Shown piece by piece: positions 40,363-49,475 of a DNA stretch of 64,000 nucleotides (positions are counted from its first letter, which is position 1; each line of letters begins with the position of its first letter). The position numbers were made by a program, and so were the translations under genes. A model generated the notes under the pieces. It ran no database searches. It had not been told where the DNA came from and was given only the letters and a program-made list of their open reading frames with translations. Where the stretch lies: contig CANMPL010000008.1 of the NCBI GenBank assembly GCA_947499715.1, positions 56,507-120,506 on the forward strand, written 5' to 3'. The DNA comes from an uncultured Rhodobacteraceae bacterium (GTDB lineage: Bacteria > Pseudomonadota > Alphaproteobacteria > Rhodobacterales > Rhodobacteraceae).

Positions 40363-40439
40363 TGGCGCGGTTGACGGGGCTCGAACCCGCGACCCCCGGC
40401 GTGACAGGCCGGTACTCTAACCAGCTGAGCTACAACCGC
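40363..40439 (-). tRNA. tRNA-Asp (GUC), copy 2, identical to copy 1
   Basis: The same 77 nt, 112 nt away from copy 1. Confidence 0.95.
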
Positions 40440-40477
40440 GCATCTTCGTTCCCGACAATCCCTGCCGGATGCCGCGC

Positions 40478-40506
40478 TTGATATGCGCGGGACCTGCCCC
40501 CGTCAA
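40478..40506 (-). promoter_or_regulatory. Sigma-70-like promoter for the tRNA-Asp pair
   Basis: The minus strand reads TTGACG-17 nt-TATCAA. The -10 element is 38 nt upstream of the mature tRNA 5' end. Confidence 0.45.
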
Positions 40507-40550
40507 GCAAGGTTTCGCGCTTTGGTGCAGGTTTTTCAAACCGGCGTGTT

Positions 40551-41597
40551 TTACCCCGCCAAGCCTTCAAAAAGCCCGTTGATCTCAGCGCTAAACCGGT
40601 CGGGGTGAAAACGGCTTTGGTAAGCCTTCCGGCAGGCGGGCCGCATCGCGCGCAAGGCCGCTTTGTCCACCCTGTTCAGACAGGCCAGAACCGCATCTTC
40701 ATCCGCCTCAAAAATATCGCCGGTCTCACCGGGCGTAATCAAGTCAGGCATCGCACCAACCCGGCTGACCAGCGCCGGTGTGCCCTGCGCAAAGGCTTCT
40801 GCAATCACCAGTCCAAAACCTTCCCAACGCGACGGGACGATCAATGCATCCGCCGCGGCAATCCGCCCGGCCAACTGCGGCTTACTCATCCAGTCCAACA
40901 CGCGCGCCCCTTCGGGCAGGCTGCCCCCAACCTCCTTCGGCGTTCCGCCAATGATCTCCAATTCGAGGTCCCGCCGCTGACAACGCGCAAAGGCACCAAG
41001 CAGCAGATCCAGCCCTTTTTGCGGTGCAAATCGCCCCACAAAGACCAAGCGTAGCTTGCCTTGATCTGCCATCTGGGGCGGCGCCTCGGCCGCGACCGGA
41101 AGCGCTGCATTTTCGATCATCACCGCTGTCCGGCCCAACCCGCGCGCCACTGCCACACCCTGTTCATAGGCCGAGATATTCACCACCCTGTCCGCCCATT
41201 TTGGCAAGACCCGCTCTGCCCCGACGGCCAAAGCCCTTTTCCAGCCCCCCGCATAACGATCACTTGGCCAGCCATGGGCGCAAAACACGACCTTCGCCCG
41301 TCCAAAGCGCAGGGCGGGGATCAGCGTCATGGCGTAGCTGCTGTGCAGGAACACGATGTCAGGATCCAGCCGACGTATCTCTTTGCGCACCGCCCGCAGC
41401 ATCCGCCAGATGCAGCCCAATCCCCGCCCCCGATCATCAAAGCTGACGCGCGGCATCGCACTTGCCACCCCGCCCGGCTGGCTTTGCGGCAGAACCGCGC
41501 TGTGGTGATGGCCTGCGTCGCGCACTGACCAGATCAGATCCAGATAGGTGCCAACCCCGGCCTTCGCGACCTGGCTTACATGTAGAATACGCGTCAT
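40551..41597 (-). CDS. Glycosyltransferase family 4 (GT-B fold)
   Basis: N-terminal VAKAGVGTY and a C-terminal EGFGLVIAEAFAQGTPALVS block (E-x7-E type). Confidence 0.85.
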   Translation of the reverse strand: MTRILHVSQVAKAGVGTYLDLIWSVRDAGHHHSAVLPQSQPGGVASAMPRVSFDDRGRGLGCIWRMLRAVRKEIRRLDPDIVFLHSSYAMTLIPALRFGRAKVVFCAHGWPSDRYAGGWKRALAVGAERVLPKWADRVVNISAYEQGVAVARGLGRTAVMIENAALPVAAEAPPQMADQGKLRLVFVGRFAPQKGLDLLLGAFARCQRRDLELEIIGGTPKEVGGSLPEGARVLDWMSKPQLAGRIAAADALIVPSRWEGFGLVIAEAFAQGTPALVSRVGAMPDLITPGETGDIFEADEDAVLACLNRVDKAALRAMRPACRKAYQSRFHPDRFSAEINGLFEGLAG

Positions 41598-41741
41598 TTC
41601 ACCGCTTTACGGCACTCTATCCATTTCCCAAAGCGGGAAAATCACACGTCCCCGCGATCCCGTCCCAAAGCGCTGGCCTTCTGCATCCCGCTGCCGCATT
41701 CTGCACCAAATCGCCATTGGCATCTTTCGCAAAGCACCTCC

Positions 41742-42374
41742 ATGACCGAACTCGCCACACTCATCACCGTCTTCTCCACGCTCTTCATTATCATTGACCC
41801 GCCGGGGCTGGCACCGCTTTTTCTGGCACTGACCCAAGGCATGACCCCAGCGCAGCGCCGCATCATCGCCCTGCGGGCCTGCATCATCTCTGCCGTGCTG
41901 ATGATGGCGTTCCTTTTTGTCGGCGAGGCCCTGCTTAGCTTTATCGGCATCTCCATGCCCGCCTTCCGCATCGCCGGTGGCGTGCTGCTGTTCCTCACAG
42001 CGCTCGAGATGCTGTTCCAGCGGCGTCAGGCCCGCCGTGCCGACAACGCCGAAGAAGGCGCCGCCGAACACAATGACGACCCGTCCGTTTTCCCCCTCGC
42101 CCTGCCCCTGATCGTCGGTCCCGGTGCGATCACCACAATCATCCTGTTTGCTGGCCAAACCCAAACCGCGCTTGATATGGCGACGCTGGCGGCTGTGATG
42201 ATGTCCGTCCTGGTGATCGTCTTTCTGGCCTTCCTTGCCTCGTCCGGGATCGAGCGTTTGCTGGGCAAGACCGGCCTGAACATCCTGACCCGTGTTCTGG
42301 GCATGTTGCTGGCTGCGCTGGCCATCCAGTTTATCCTTGATGGGGTGCGCCAGTCTTTTGGTTTGGGCGGTTAA
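41742..42374 (+). CDS. MarC/UPF0056 family membrane protein
   Basis: 210 aa with six TM helices. IIDPPGLAPLFLAL and PLALPLIVGPGAITT are typical MarC-family blocks. Confidence 0.85.
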   Translation: MTELATLITVFSTLFIIIDPPGLAPLFLALTQGMTPAQRRIIALRACIISAVLMMAFLFVGEALLSFIGISMPAFRIAGGVLLFLTALEMLFQRRQARRADNAEEGAAEHNDDPSVFPLALPLIVGPGAITTIILFAGQTQTALDMATLAAVMMSVLVIVFLAFLASSGIERLLGKTGLNILTRVLGMLLAALAIQFILDGVRQSFGLGG

Positions 42375-42390
42375 TCCCTATATCGCTGCC

Positions 42391-42969
42391 ATGAACACTG
42401 ACCAATTTATGAATCTGGCCTTTCTGGTCCTGCTCGGCACCGCGATTGCGGGCAGTTACTTCGTGGCCAACCGTGACAACTTGGGCAAAACCGCACAATT
42501 CGGGGCGATCTGGGGGCTGATCTTTCTCGGGGTCATCGCCGCCTATGGCCTTTGGGGCGACGTCAGCCGCGATCTTTCGGGCGAATTCAGCGTCGCTGAC
42601 GGGCAGGTTATCACCGTGCCGCAGGCCCGAGACGGCCACTATTACCTGACGCTCGACATCAATGACACGCCCGTGAATTTCGTCGTTGATACAGGGGCTT
42701 CCATGATGGTTCTCACCCAACGCGATGCCGCCCGCATCGGCATCGACCCGTCTGAGCTGCGCTATCTGGGCTCCGCCAATACCGCCAATGGCGTGGTCAG
42801 AACCGCGGATGTCTGGCTGGACAAGGTGGCCCTTGGCCCGCTTGTTGACGCTGGCGTGCGCGCCTCTGTCAATCAAGGCGACATGGAAGGCTCACTGCTG
42901 GGCATGTCCTACCTTGACGGCTTTTCCACAATCCAGTTTTCTGGCGGCGTCTTAACCCTGCAAAGGTAA
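42391..42969 (+). CDS. Membrane-anchored retropepsin-like (clan AA) aspartic protease
   Basis: Two N-terminal TM helices followed by FVVDTGASMMVLT (DTGA active site). The ATG at 42391 is preferred over the upstream read-through at 42292. Confidence 0.8.
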   Translation: MNTDQFMNLAFLVLLGTAIAGSYFVANRDNLGKTAQFGAIWGLIFLGVIAAYGLWGDVSRDLSGEFSVADGQVITVPQARDGHYYLTLDINDTPVNFVVDTGASMMVLTQRDAARIGIDPSELRYLGSANTANGVVRTADVWLDKVALGPLVDAGVRASVNQGDMEGSLLGMSYLDGFSTIQFSGGVLTLQR

Positions 42970-42973
42970 CCCA

Positions 42974-43066
42974 ATGATCCGTGCTGTGTTGTTATGCCTG
43001 TCTCTTGCCGCCTGCGCAGGCAGCTCTGCCCTGCCAGAGGATTTTGACGCGAACTTTGAATTCTAG
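42974..43066 (+). CDS. Candidate 30-aa lipoprotein, below the ORF-track cut-off
   Basis: My own translation is MIRAVLLCLSLAACAGSSALPEDFDANFEF*. It has a lipobox LAAC, starts 5 nt after the protease stop, and is followed by repeat copy C. Confidence 0.4.
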   Translation: MIRAVLLCLSLAACAGSSALPEDFDANFEF

Positions 43067-43071
43067 CGCCC

Positions 43072-43092
43072 TGATTTTTCGCCGAAAAATCA
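43072..43092 (+). repeat. Dispersed 3'-end repeat, copy C (palindrome module)
   Basis: TGATTTTTCGCCGAAAAATCA lies 6 nt after the small ORF stop. Its last 3 nt form the holC stop codon on the other strand. Confidence 0.7.
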
Positions 43093-43545
43093 CGCTCCGG
43101 CTTCGGCCTTCTTGACCCATCGCCCATCATCTTGCGCCCAATATTGGGCGCTGCACCCATTGTCCGTCAGTGCCTTCCACTGGCCGCGTGCGACCTGCAC
43201 CGCCGCATCATCTGCCCCGTCAAAGATCACGCAGACCCGCTGCGACAATCCAACCTCGCTGGCCGTGACCTCTGCACCGCCCACGCTGATCACACACGCG
43301 AAACCATCTGCCGCCACCTCCCCCAACAGGATCGGCTGATCCGCATCATGCGGACCACCCGCCAGCCCGTGCGGCAGAAACGCATCCGGGTTCCTCTCCC
43401 ATAGCACCTTGTTCAAACGCTCCAGCAAAGGCTTTGGCCCACGGACCAATACCCGCCAGCCCGCGCCGCGCGACTTTTCCAGCAACATGGGCAAGGTCGC
43501 CTCAAGCGGGCTGTCTGTCAGGTGATAAAAGAACGCAGCACCCAT
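43090..43545 (-). CDS. holC: DNA polymerase III subunit chi
   Basis: MGAAFFYHLTDSPLEATLPMLLEKS is a typical chi N-terminus. The holC-pepA pairing is conserved. An alternative start lies at 43557. Confidence 0.88.
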   Translation of the reverse strand: MGAAFFYHLTDSPLEATLPMLLEKSRGAGWRVLVRGPKPLLERLNKVLWERNPDAFLPHGLAGGPHDADQPILLGEVAADGFACVISVGGAEVTASEVGLSQRVCVIFDGADDAAVQVARGQWKALTDNGCSAQYWAQDDGRWVKKAEAGA

Positions 43546-43546
43546 C

Positions 43547-45013
43547 TCAGCCCTCAAACTGGTCCGCGATCAACCGGTTCAGCGCGGCCACGCCCCAGCC
43601 CGTCGCCCCACCGGGTGCAAGCTGCGTGCCGCTTTTGATATGGGCCACGCCTGCGATATCAAGATGGCACCACGGCATGTCGTCTTTTACGAACCGTTGC
43701 AGGAATTGCGCCGCCGTGATTGACCCCGCAGGCCGCCCGCCGCTGTTCTTGATGTCGGCAATCCGGCTTTTGATCAGCTTGTCATATCCCTTGCCCAAAG
43801 GCAGCCGCCATGCGCCCTCACCCTCGGCCTCTGCGGCCTTCAGGAACTGGTCCGCAAGCCTATCGTCATTGCTGAAAACCCCTGCGTTTTCATGGCCCAG
43901 CGCGATAATCACCGCGCCGGTCAGAGTCGCCAGATTGATCATGCCGCGTGGCTTGAACCGCTCTTGCGCGTACCACAGCACATCGGCCAGCACCAAACGC
44001 CCTTCGGCATCGGTGTTGATGATCTCGATCGTGGTGCCGGACATCGCCGTGACCACATCACCGGGGCGCGTGGCGGTGCCGCTAGGCATGTTCTCAACCA
44101 GCCCTACCAATCCCACGACATTGGCCTTGGCCTTGCGCAGCGCCAGCGTGCGCATCACGCCCGACACAACACCGGCACCGCCCATGTCCATGGTCATATC
44201 TTCCATGCCTGCCGCCGGTTTCAGGCTGATCCCGCCGGTGTCAAAGACAACGCCCTTGCCCACCAGCGCAAAGGGCGCCTCGTCCCCGCCGCCATTCCAG
44301 CGCATCACGACGACCTTAGAGGGGCTGGCCGATCCCTGACCGACGCTCAACAGCGACCGCATACCCAGCTCTTCAAGCGCGGCTTCCTCCAGAACCTCAA
44401 CCTCAAGGCCCAAATCCTGCATCGCCGCCAGCCGGGCTGCAAAATCATCGGTGGTGAGCACATTGGCCGGTTCATTTGTCAGATCGCGGGTGAAAAACAC
44501 GCCCTCCGCAACCGCCATGCCGGTCTTTGCCGCCGCTGCAACCTCTTCCGGCTTGGTCACCATAAAGGTCACCGCCCCCTTGGCATCCGCCTCCTTGGAT
44601 TTATGCACGTCAAAATCATAGGCCCGCAGCGCCAGCCCCATGGCAATCTCTTCCGCGCGGCCAAAGGCACCCGCCACAGCAGTGAGACCCGCTTTACCCA
44701 ACGCCTTGCCCAGTGCCGCCCCTGCCTTGCGCGCCGCTGCCACCTCGGGGCGCTTGGACAGCTTGACCACCATGACCGCATCCGCCGCCATTCCCGCCGG
44801 ATAGCCCAAGCGCAACACGCAGCCCTCGCTGGCCTCCTCAAAAGCTTGCGTTGCGACCGCCCGCGCCACGGCCTTGCGGATCAGCGTATTCACCTTGCGT
44901 GCCCCCACATCCAGCTTGCCATCCGGTGTCACAAAGACCGCAACGATTCCCTCTGCCGCGCCCAGCGCGTCCAGATCTACAGCGTCAAAACGGATATCGG
45001 CGGGTGTGGTCAT
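43547..45013 (-). CDS. pepA: Leucyl aminopeptidase (M17)
   Basis: The NTDAEGRLVLAD signature, VGKGVVFDTGG, and a 488-aa length. Confidence 0.96.
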   Translation of the reverse strand: MTTPADIRFDAVDLDALGAAEGIVAVFVTPDGKLDVGARKVNTLIRKAVARAVATQAFEEASEGCVLRLGYPAGMAADAVMVVKLSKRPEVAAARKAGAALGKALGKAGLTAVAGAFGRAEEIAMGLALRAYDFDVHKSKEADAKGAVTFMVTKPEEVAAAAKTGMAVAEGVFFTRDLTNEPANVLTTDDFAARLAAMQDLGLEVEVLEEAALEELGMRSLLSVGQGSASPSKVVVMRWNGGGDEAPFALVGKGVVFDTGGISLKPAAGMEDMTMDMGGAGVVSGVMRTLALRKAKANVVGLVGLVENMPSGTATRPGDVVTAMSGTTIEIINTDAEGRLVLADVLWYAQERFKPRGMINLATLTGAVIIALGHENAGVFSNDDRLADQFLKAAEAEGEGAWRLPLGKGYDKLIKSRIADIKNSGGRPAGSITAAQFLQRFVKDDMPWCHLDIAGVAHIKSGTQLAPGGATGWGVAALNRLIADQFEG

Positions 45014-45144
45014 CGGTATGGCCTTCCTTTGGGGTGCATCTCTTGCCCCAATCCCTAGCGATCCCCCGCCATAATGACCAGTTTGCAGTTTTGTCCCGGC
45101 CCCGCTTGCGCTAGCTTCGCGGCAAAACGAAGAGGTGCGGGCGC

Positions 45145-46269
45145 TTGCCGCGATTTGACCGATATATGCTGGCCCAGCTGATGATGCTCTTTGGCTTCTT
45201 CAGTCTTGTGCTTGTGATGGTCTACTGGATCAATCAGGCTGTGCGCCTGTTCGATCAATTGATCGCCGATGGCCAGTCCTTTGGCGTGTTTCTGGAATTC
45301 ACCGCCCTCTCCCTGCCCAGCGTGATCCGGCTGGCCTTGCCGCTCTCGGCCTTTGCCGCCTCCGTCTACGTCACCAACCGGATGAGCACGGAATCCGAAC
45401 TTGTCGTGGTTCAGGCCACCGGGTTTTCGCCCTGGCGCATGGCGCGGCCGGTGCTGGTCTTTGGGCTGATCGTCGCTGCACTGATGTCGGTTCTGGTCCA
45501 CCTGCTGGTGCCGCTGTCGACCGCGCAACTGAACATCCGGCAGGGCGAGATCGCGCAGAACGTCACAGCACGCCTGCTGACCGAAGGGCAATTCCTTGAA
45601 CCCGCCCCCGGCGTCACCGTCTACATCCGCGAGATTACCCCCGCAGGCGAATTGCGCGATGTCTTCCTGTCGGATCTGCGGGGCGAAAGCGCCGAGATTA
45701 CCTATACCGCCGCCCAAGCCTATCTGGTGCGCGTCTCTGATGATGCGCAACTTGTGATGGTTGACGGGCTGGCCCAGACCCTGCGCAAGGACACTGGCAG
45801 GCTGTTCACCACCTCCTTTGATGACTTTGCCTATAACATCGGGGATCTGATCGCCGTCACCCCGCGTGAAGGACGCTCTGCCAAGGAACTCATGACGTGG
45901 GAACTTTTGAACCCTACCCCCGCGCTCGAGGCTGAAACAGGCCGCAGTGCCGCCCGCCTTGTGGCCGATGCGCATGATCGGATCTCTCAGGCGCTCTTGG
46001 GCACCGTTGGGGCGCTCTTGGGCTTTGCCGCACTCATGGTGGGCGGGTTCAGCCGCTTTGGCGTCTGGCGGCAGGTCTTGGGCGCGATCTTTCTGATCAT
46101 CGTGATCAAAGCGATCGAGACGGCGGGCCTTAACATCGCCCGTTCGACGCCGGGTATGTGGATTGCCAGCTACCTCGCGATTGCAGCCGGTATCTTCTTT
46201 GTCGTCACCCTGCTTTACATCGCGACCAAGCCGTTCCTGTTCAAACGCAAACCGGGGGCGCTGGCATGA
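45145..46269 (+). CDS. lptF: LPS export ABC transporter permease LptF
   Basis: MPRFDRYMLAQL start (TTG codon) and a YjgP/YjgQ-type topology. It lies upstream of lptG and divergent from pepA. Confidence 0.9.
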   Translation: MPRFDRYMLAQLMMLFGFFSLVLVMVYWINQAVRLFDQLIADGQSFGVFLEFTALSLPSVIRLALPLSAFAASVYVTNRMSTESELVVVQATGFSPWRMARPVLVFGLIVAALMSVLVHLLVPLSTAQLNIRQGEIAQNVTARLLTEGQFLEPAPGVTVYIREITPAGELRDVFLSDLRGESAEITYTAAQAYLVRVSDDAQLVMVDGLAQTLRKDTGRLFTTSFDDFAYNIGDLIAVTPREGRSAKELMTWELLNPTPALEAETGRSAARLVADAHDRISQALLGTVGALLGFAALMVGGFSRFGVWRQVLGAIFLIIVIKAIETAGLNIARSTPGMWIASYLAIAAGIFFVVTLLYIATKPFLFKRKPGALA

Positions 46270-47360
46270 TCCTTGATCGCTACTTTGCCCGTCGCTTTGT
46301 GACCCTCTTTGCGGGGGTCTTTGTGATCTTCCTGCTGATCTCTGGCTTTCTGGGGCTGGTCGATCAACTGCGCCGCTTTTCCAGCGCGGACGCCAGCTTT
46401 GGTCAGATCTTCCGCCTTGCGCTTCTTGCGGTGCCGCAATCCATCTACGGCATCCTGCCGCTGATCATGATCATCTCGACCATCTCGCTGTTCCTTGGCC
46501 TTGCACGCAGCTCTGAAATGGTGGTGACCCGTGCCGCAGGCCGCTCTGCCCTGCGGGCGATGGTGCCACCTGCGATCATGGCGCTTTTGATCGGGGTTTT
46601 CGCTGTGGCGGTGCTGAACCCGATCGTGGCCGCCACCTCCCGGCAATACGACATCGGTGCGAACCTCTTGTCTGGCGAAAGCCCGATCCTGTCGCTGGGC
46701 GAAACCGGCCTTTGGCTGCGTCAGGGCGATGCGACAGGACAAACCGTGATCCGCGCGGCGGGTGCCAACCTTGCAGGCACCCAACTGCAAGACGTGACCT
46801 TCATCACCTTCGCACCCCAAGGCGGCCCCACCCAGCGGATCGACGCCGCCACGGCCACGCTCATTGATGGCGCGTGGCAACTCACCGGTGCAAAGCAATG
46901 GCCGCTGTCCCCCGGTGCCGCGTCAGAGGCGCAGGCCACCACGTCCGAGGCGCTCTCGGTGCCCTCCACATTGACCCCCGACCAGATCCGCAACAGCTTT
47001 GGCACGCCCTCTTCGATCTCGATCTGGGACCTGCCAGCCTTTATTGACCGGCTCAAATCAGCCGGGTTTTCCGCCCAACGTCATACGGTCTGGTTTCAAA
47101 TGGAAATCGCCCAGCCGCTCTTTTTGGTGGCGATGGTGATGATCGGGGCTGCTTTCACCCTGCGCCACCAACGCGGCGGGCGCACCGGCTTGGCGGTCCT
47201 GCTGGCGATCCTTTTGTCCTTCTCGCTTTATTTCCTGCGCAACTTCGCCCAGATCCTTGGCGAAAACGGACAGGTCCCCGCGCCGCTTGCCGCATGGGCC
47301 CCCCCCTTGATCGCGATGGGCCTTGCCATGGGGCTCTTGCTGCACAGGGAAGAAGGCTGA
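46266..47360 (+). CDS. lptG: LPS export ABC transporter permease LptG
   Basis: MILDRYFARRF start at an ATGA overlap with lptF. The listed 46158 start is an upstream read-through. Confidence 0.9.
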   Translation: MILDRYFARRFVTLFAGVFVIFLLISGFLGLVDQLRRFSSADASFGQIFRLALLAVPQSIYGILPLIMIISTISLFLGLARSSEMVVTRAAGRSALRAMVPPAIMALLIGVFAVAVLNPIVAATSRQYDIGANLLSGESPILSLGETGLWLRQGDATGQTVIRAAGANLAGTQLQDVTFITFAPQGGPTQRIDAATATLIDGAWQLTGAKQWPLSPGAASEAQATTSEALSVPSTLTPDQIRNSFGTPSSISIWDLPAFIDRLKSAGFSAQRHTVWFQMEIAQPLFLVAMVMIGAAFTLRHQRGGRTGLAVLLAILLSFSLYFLRNFAQILGENGQVPAPLAAWAPPLIAMGLAMGLLLHREEG

Positions 47361-49450
47361 TGCGCTGGCTGATCTTCCTGCTGCTCTTGCCCTTTGCCGC
47401 CCAAGCGCAAACCCCCGCGACGCTGATCGCCGATAGCGTCACGGTGCAAGGGGGCGAGCGGCTGATCGCCGCTGGCAATATCGACGTCTTTGCCGATGGC
47501 ACCCGCATGACCGCGTCGCAAATCATCTATGACCGGCCCTCTGACCAACTGATCATCGCGGGGCCAATCCTGATCACCGCCCCCGATGGCACGATCCTGA
47601 CCGCGACCTCTGCAACGCTGGACCCGCGCCTTGAAAACGGCGTGCTGCTGGGCGCGCGCCTTGTGCTGAACCAACAGCTGCAACTGGCCGCCAATCAGAT
47701 TGACCGGGCCGAGGGGCGCTTTTCCCAGCTCTACAAGACCTCCGTGACCTCCTGTGCGGTCTGCGGCGGCAAGGCACCGCTTTGGGAAATCCGGGCTGAG
47801 CGTATCGTGCATGATCAGGACGCAGGCCAGCTTTACTTTACCAACGCCCAGTTCCGTGTGGGTGATCTGCCCATCCTCTGGCTGCCCCGCCTGCGCCTGC
47901 CCGACCCGACCGTCGATCGCGCAACGGGCCTGTTGATCCCCATCGTGCGGTCCACCAACCGCTTGGGCGTGGGGCTGAAACTGCCCTACTTTGTCCCCAT
48001 CGGCGATCACCGCGATATCCTCGTGACGCCCTACCTGTCCCCCCAGACCCGCACGTTAGAGGCCCGCTACCGCCAGGCCTTTGCGCGCGGCGCCGTCGCA
48101 ATCACTGGTGCGATCAGCAATGATGACCTGCTTGATGATGGCGCGCGGGGTTATGTCTTTGCTGATGCCCGCTTTGATCTGGGCCGTGGCTACCGGCTCA
48201 ACATCACGGCAGAGGCGACAACCGATGACGCCTACCTGCTGGACTACGGCTATTCTGACAAGGACCGGCTCGCGTCGACCATTTCCCTGACCCGGATCAC
48301 CGATGACGCGCTCCTGAACGCCAGCTTCAGCTACTATCAGACCCTGCGCGATGATGAGGTCAACGGACAGCTTCCCCCCATCGTCGCAGAGGTCGCCTAT
48401 GACCGTCGCTTTGCGCTTTGGAATGGCACGCTGACGCTTGGTGCCTCTGGTGACGCGATTGTGCGCTATGACAATTCGGTAGGGCCACAGGGCCGTGATC
48501 TGGCGCGACTGGGGGCCTCGGCCCAGTGGGATCGCACCTGGGTTGCGCCCATCGGCTTGCTGACCACCGCCAGCGCCGGGCTGCGTGGCGATTGGTATCG
48601 CACCAATGATACCATCAACTTTGACCAAGACCTTGCCCGCGCCCTGCCGACTGCTGCGGTGACCTTTCGCTTTCCGCTGTCCAAACAAACCGCACAGGCG
48701 TCGCACCTGCTGGAACCGGCCATCGCCCTGGCGTGGTCCGACGTGATTGGCGACGCCGTCCCAAACGAAGACAGCACCCGCCCCGAATTTGATGCCACCA
48801 ACCTGCTTTCGCTCACCCGCTTCCCCGGTGACGACGCGGTCGAGGTCGGCCGCCGCGGGGCCATTGGCCTCACCTACACCCGGATCGGGCGTGATGGCGG
48901 CCATGCCGCACTGACCTTTGGCCGGGTCCTGCGTGCGCAAACCTCGCCTGACTTCACCGTCACCTCTGGCCAGCGCGATCGACGCTCTGATTGGCTGGTG
49001 GCGGGGCATGTGCTTTTGCCTCAGGGGCTGCGTGTCTCTGGCCGCAGCTTGTTTTCGGATGACTTCCAGCCCGTGCTGGCGCAGGCGCTCGTGGATTGGC
49101 AAACCGATCAGCTGAACCTTGGGGCCGCCTATTTCTACCAGATCGCCGATGGCGAGGTTGGCCGCTCTGACACCGTGTCGGAATGGTCGCTGGATGGCGC
49201 CGTGCGCCTCTCGCCTGCCTGGGCCGTCAGCTTTGACGCCCGCTATGATATCATCGCCGATGCCCCCGCCACCGCCGGGTTGGGCGTGGAATGGCGCAAC
49301 GAATGCGTGACTGTCGATCTTTCGGTCTCGCGCCGCTATACGTCTTCCACTACGGTGGACCCATCGACGGATTTCGGGTTATCGGTGTCCTTGGCGGGCT
49401 TTTCTGCTGCCACGGTCACCGGCAGGCCCTCTGCCCGCTGTACGCAATAA
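47360..49450 (+). CDS. lptD: LPS-assembly outer-membrane protein LptD
   Basis: Signal peptide MRWLIFLLLLPFAAQA with a start that overlaps the lptG stop by 1 nt. It is a large beta-barrel protein upstream of surA. Confidence 0.9.
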   Translation: MRWLIFLLLLPFAAQAQTPATLIADSVTVQGGERLIAAGNIDVFADGTRMTASQIIYDRPSDQLIIAGPILITAPDGTILTATSATLDPRLENGVLLGARLVLNQQLQLAANQIDRAEGRFSQLYKTSVTSCAVCGGKAPLWEIRAERIVHDQDAGQLYFTNAQFRVGDLPILWLPRLRLPDPTVDRATGLLIPIVRSTNRLGVGLKLPYFVPIGDHRDILVTPYLSPQTRTLEARYRQAFARGAVAITGAISNDDLLDDGARGYVFADARFDLGRGYRLNITAEATTDDAYLLDYGYSDKDRLASTISLTRITDDALLNASFSYYQTLRDDEVNGQLPPIVAEVAYDRRFALWNGTLTLGASGDAIVRYDNSVGPQGRDLARLGASAQWDRTWVAPIGLLTTASAGLRGDWYRTNDTINFDQDLARALPTAAVTFRFPLSKQTAQASHLLEPAIALAWSDVIGDAVPNEDSTRPEFDATNLLSLTRFPGDDAVEVGRRGAIGLTYTRIGRDGGHAALTFGRVLRAQTSPDFTVTSGQRDRRSDWLVAGHVLLPQGLRVSGRSLFSDDFQPVLAQALVDWQTDQLNLGAAYFYQIADGEVGRSDTVSEWSLDGAVRLSPAWAVSFDARYDIIADAPATAGLGVEWRNECVTVDLSVSRRYTSSTTVDPSTDFGLSVSLAGFSAATVTGRPSARCTQ

Positions 49451-49475
49451 CGACACGACCCAAAGGACTTAGACG

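Noticed and set aside
43093-43108. A module-2-like sequence (CGCTCCGGCTTCGGCC) following repeat copy C.
   Set aside because: It lies inside the holC coding sequence (the ...AEAGA C-terminus) and matches module 2 only over CTCCGGC. This is probably chance, so copy C is reported as module 1 only.
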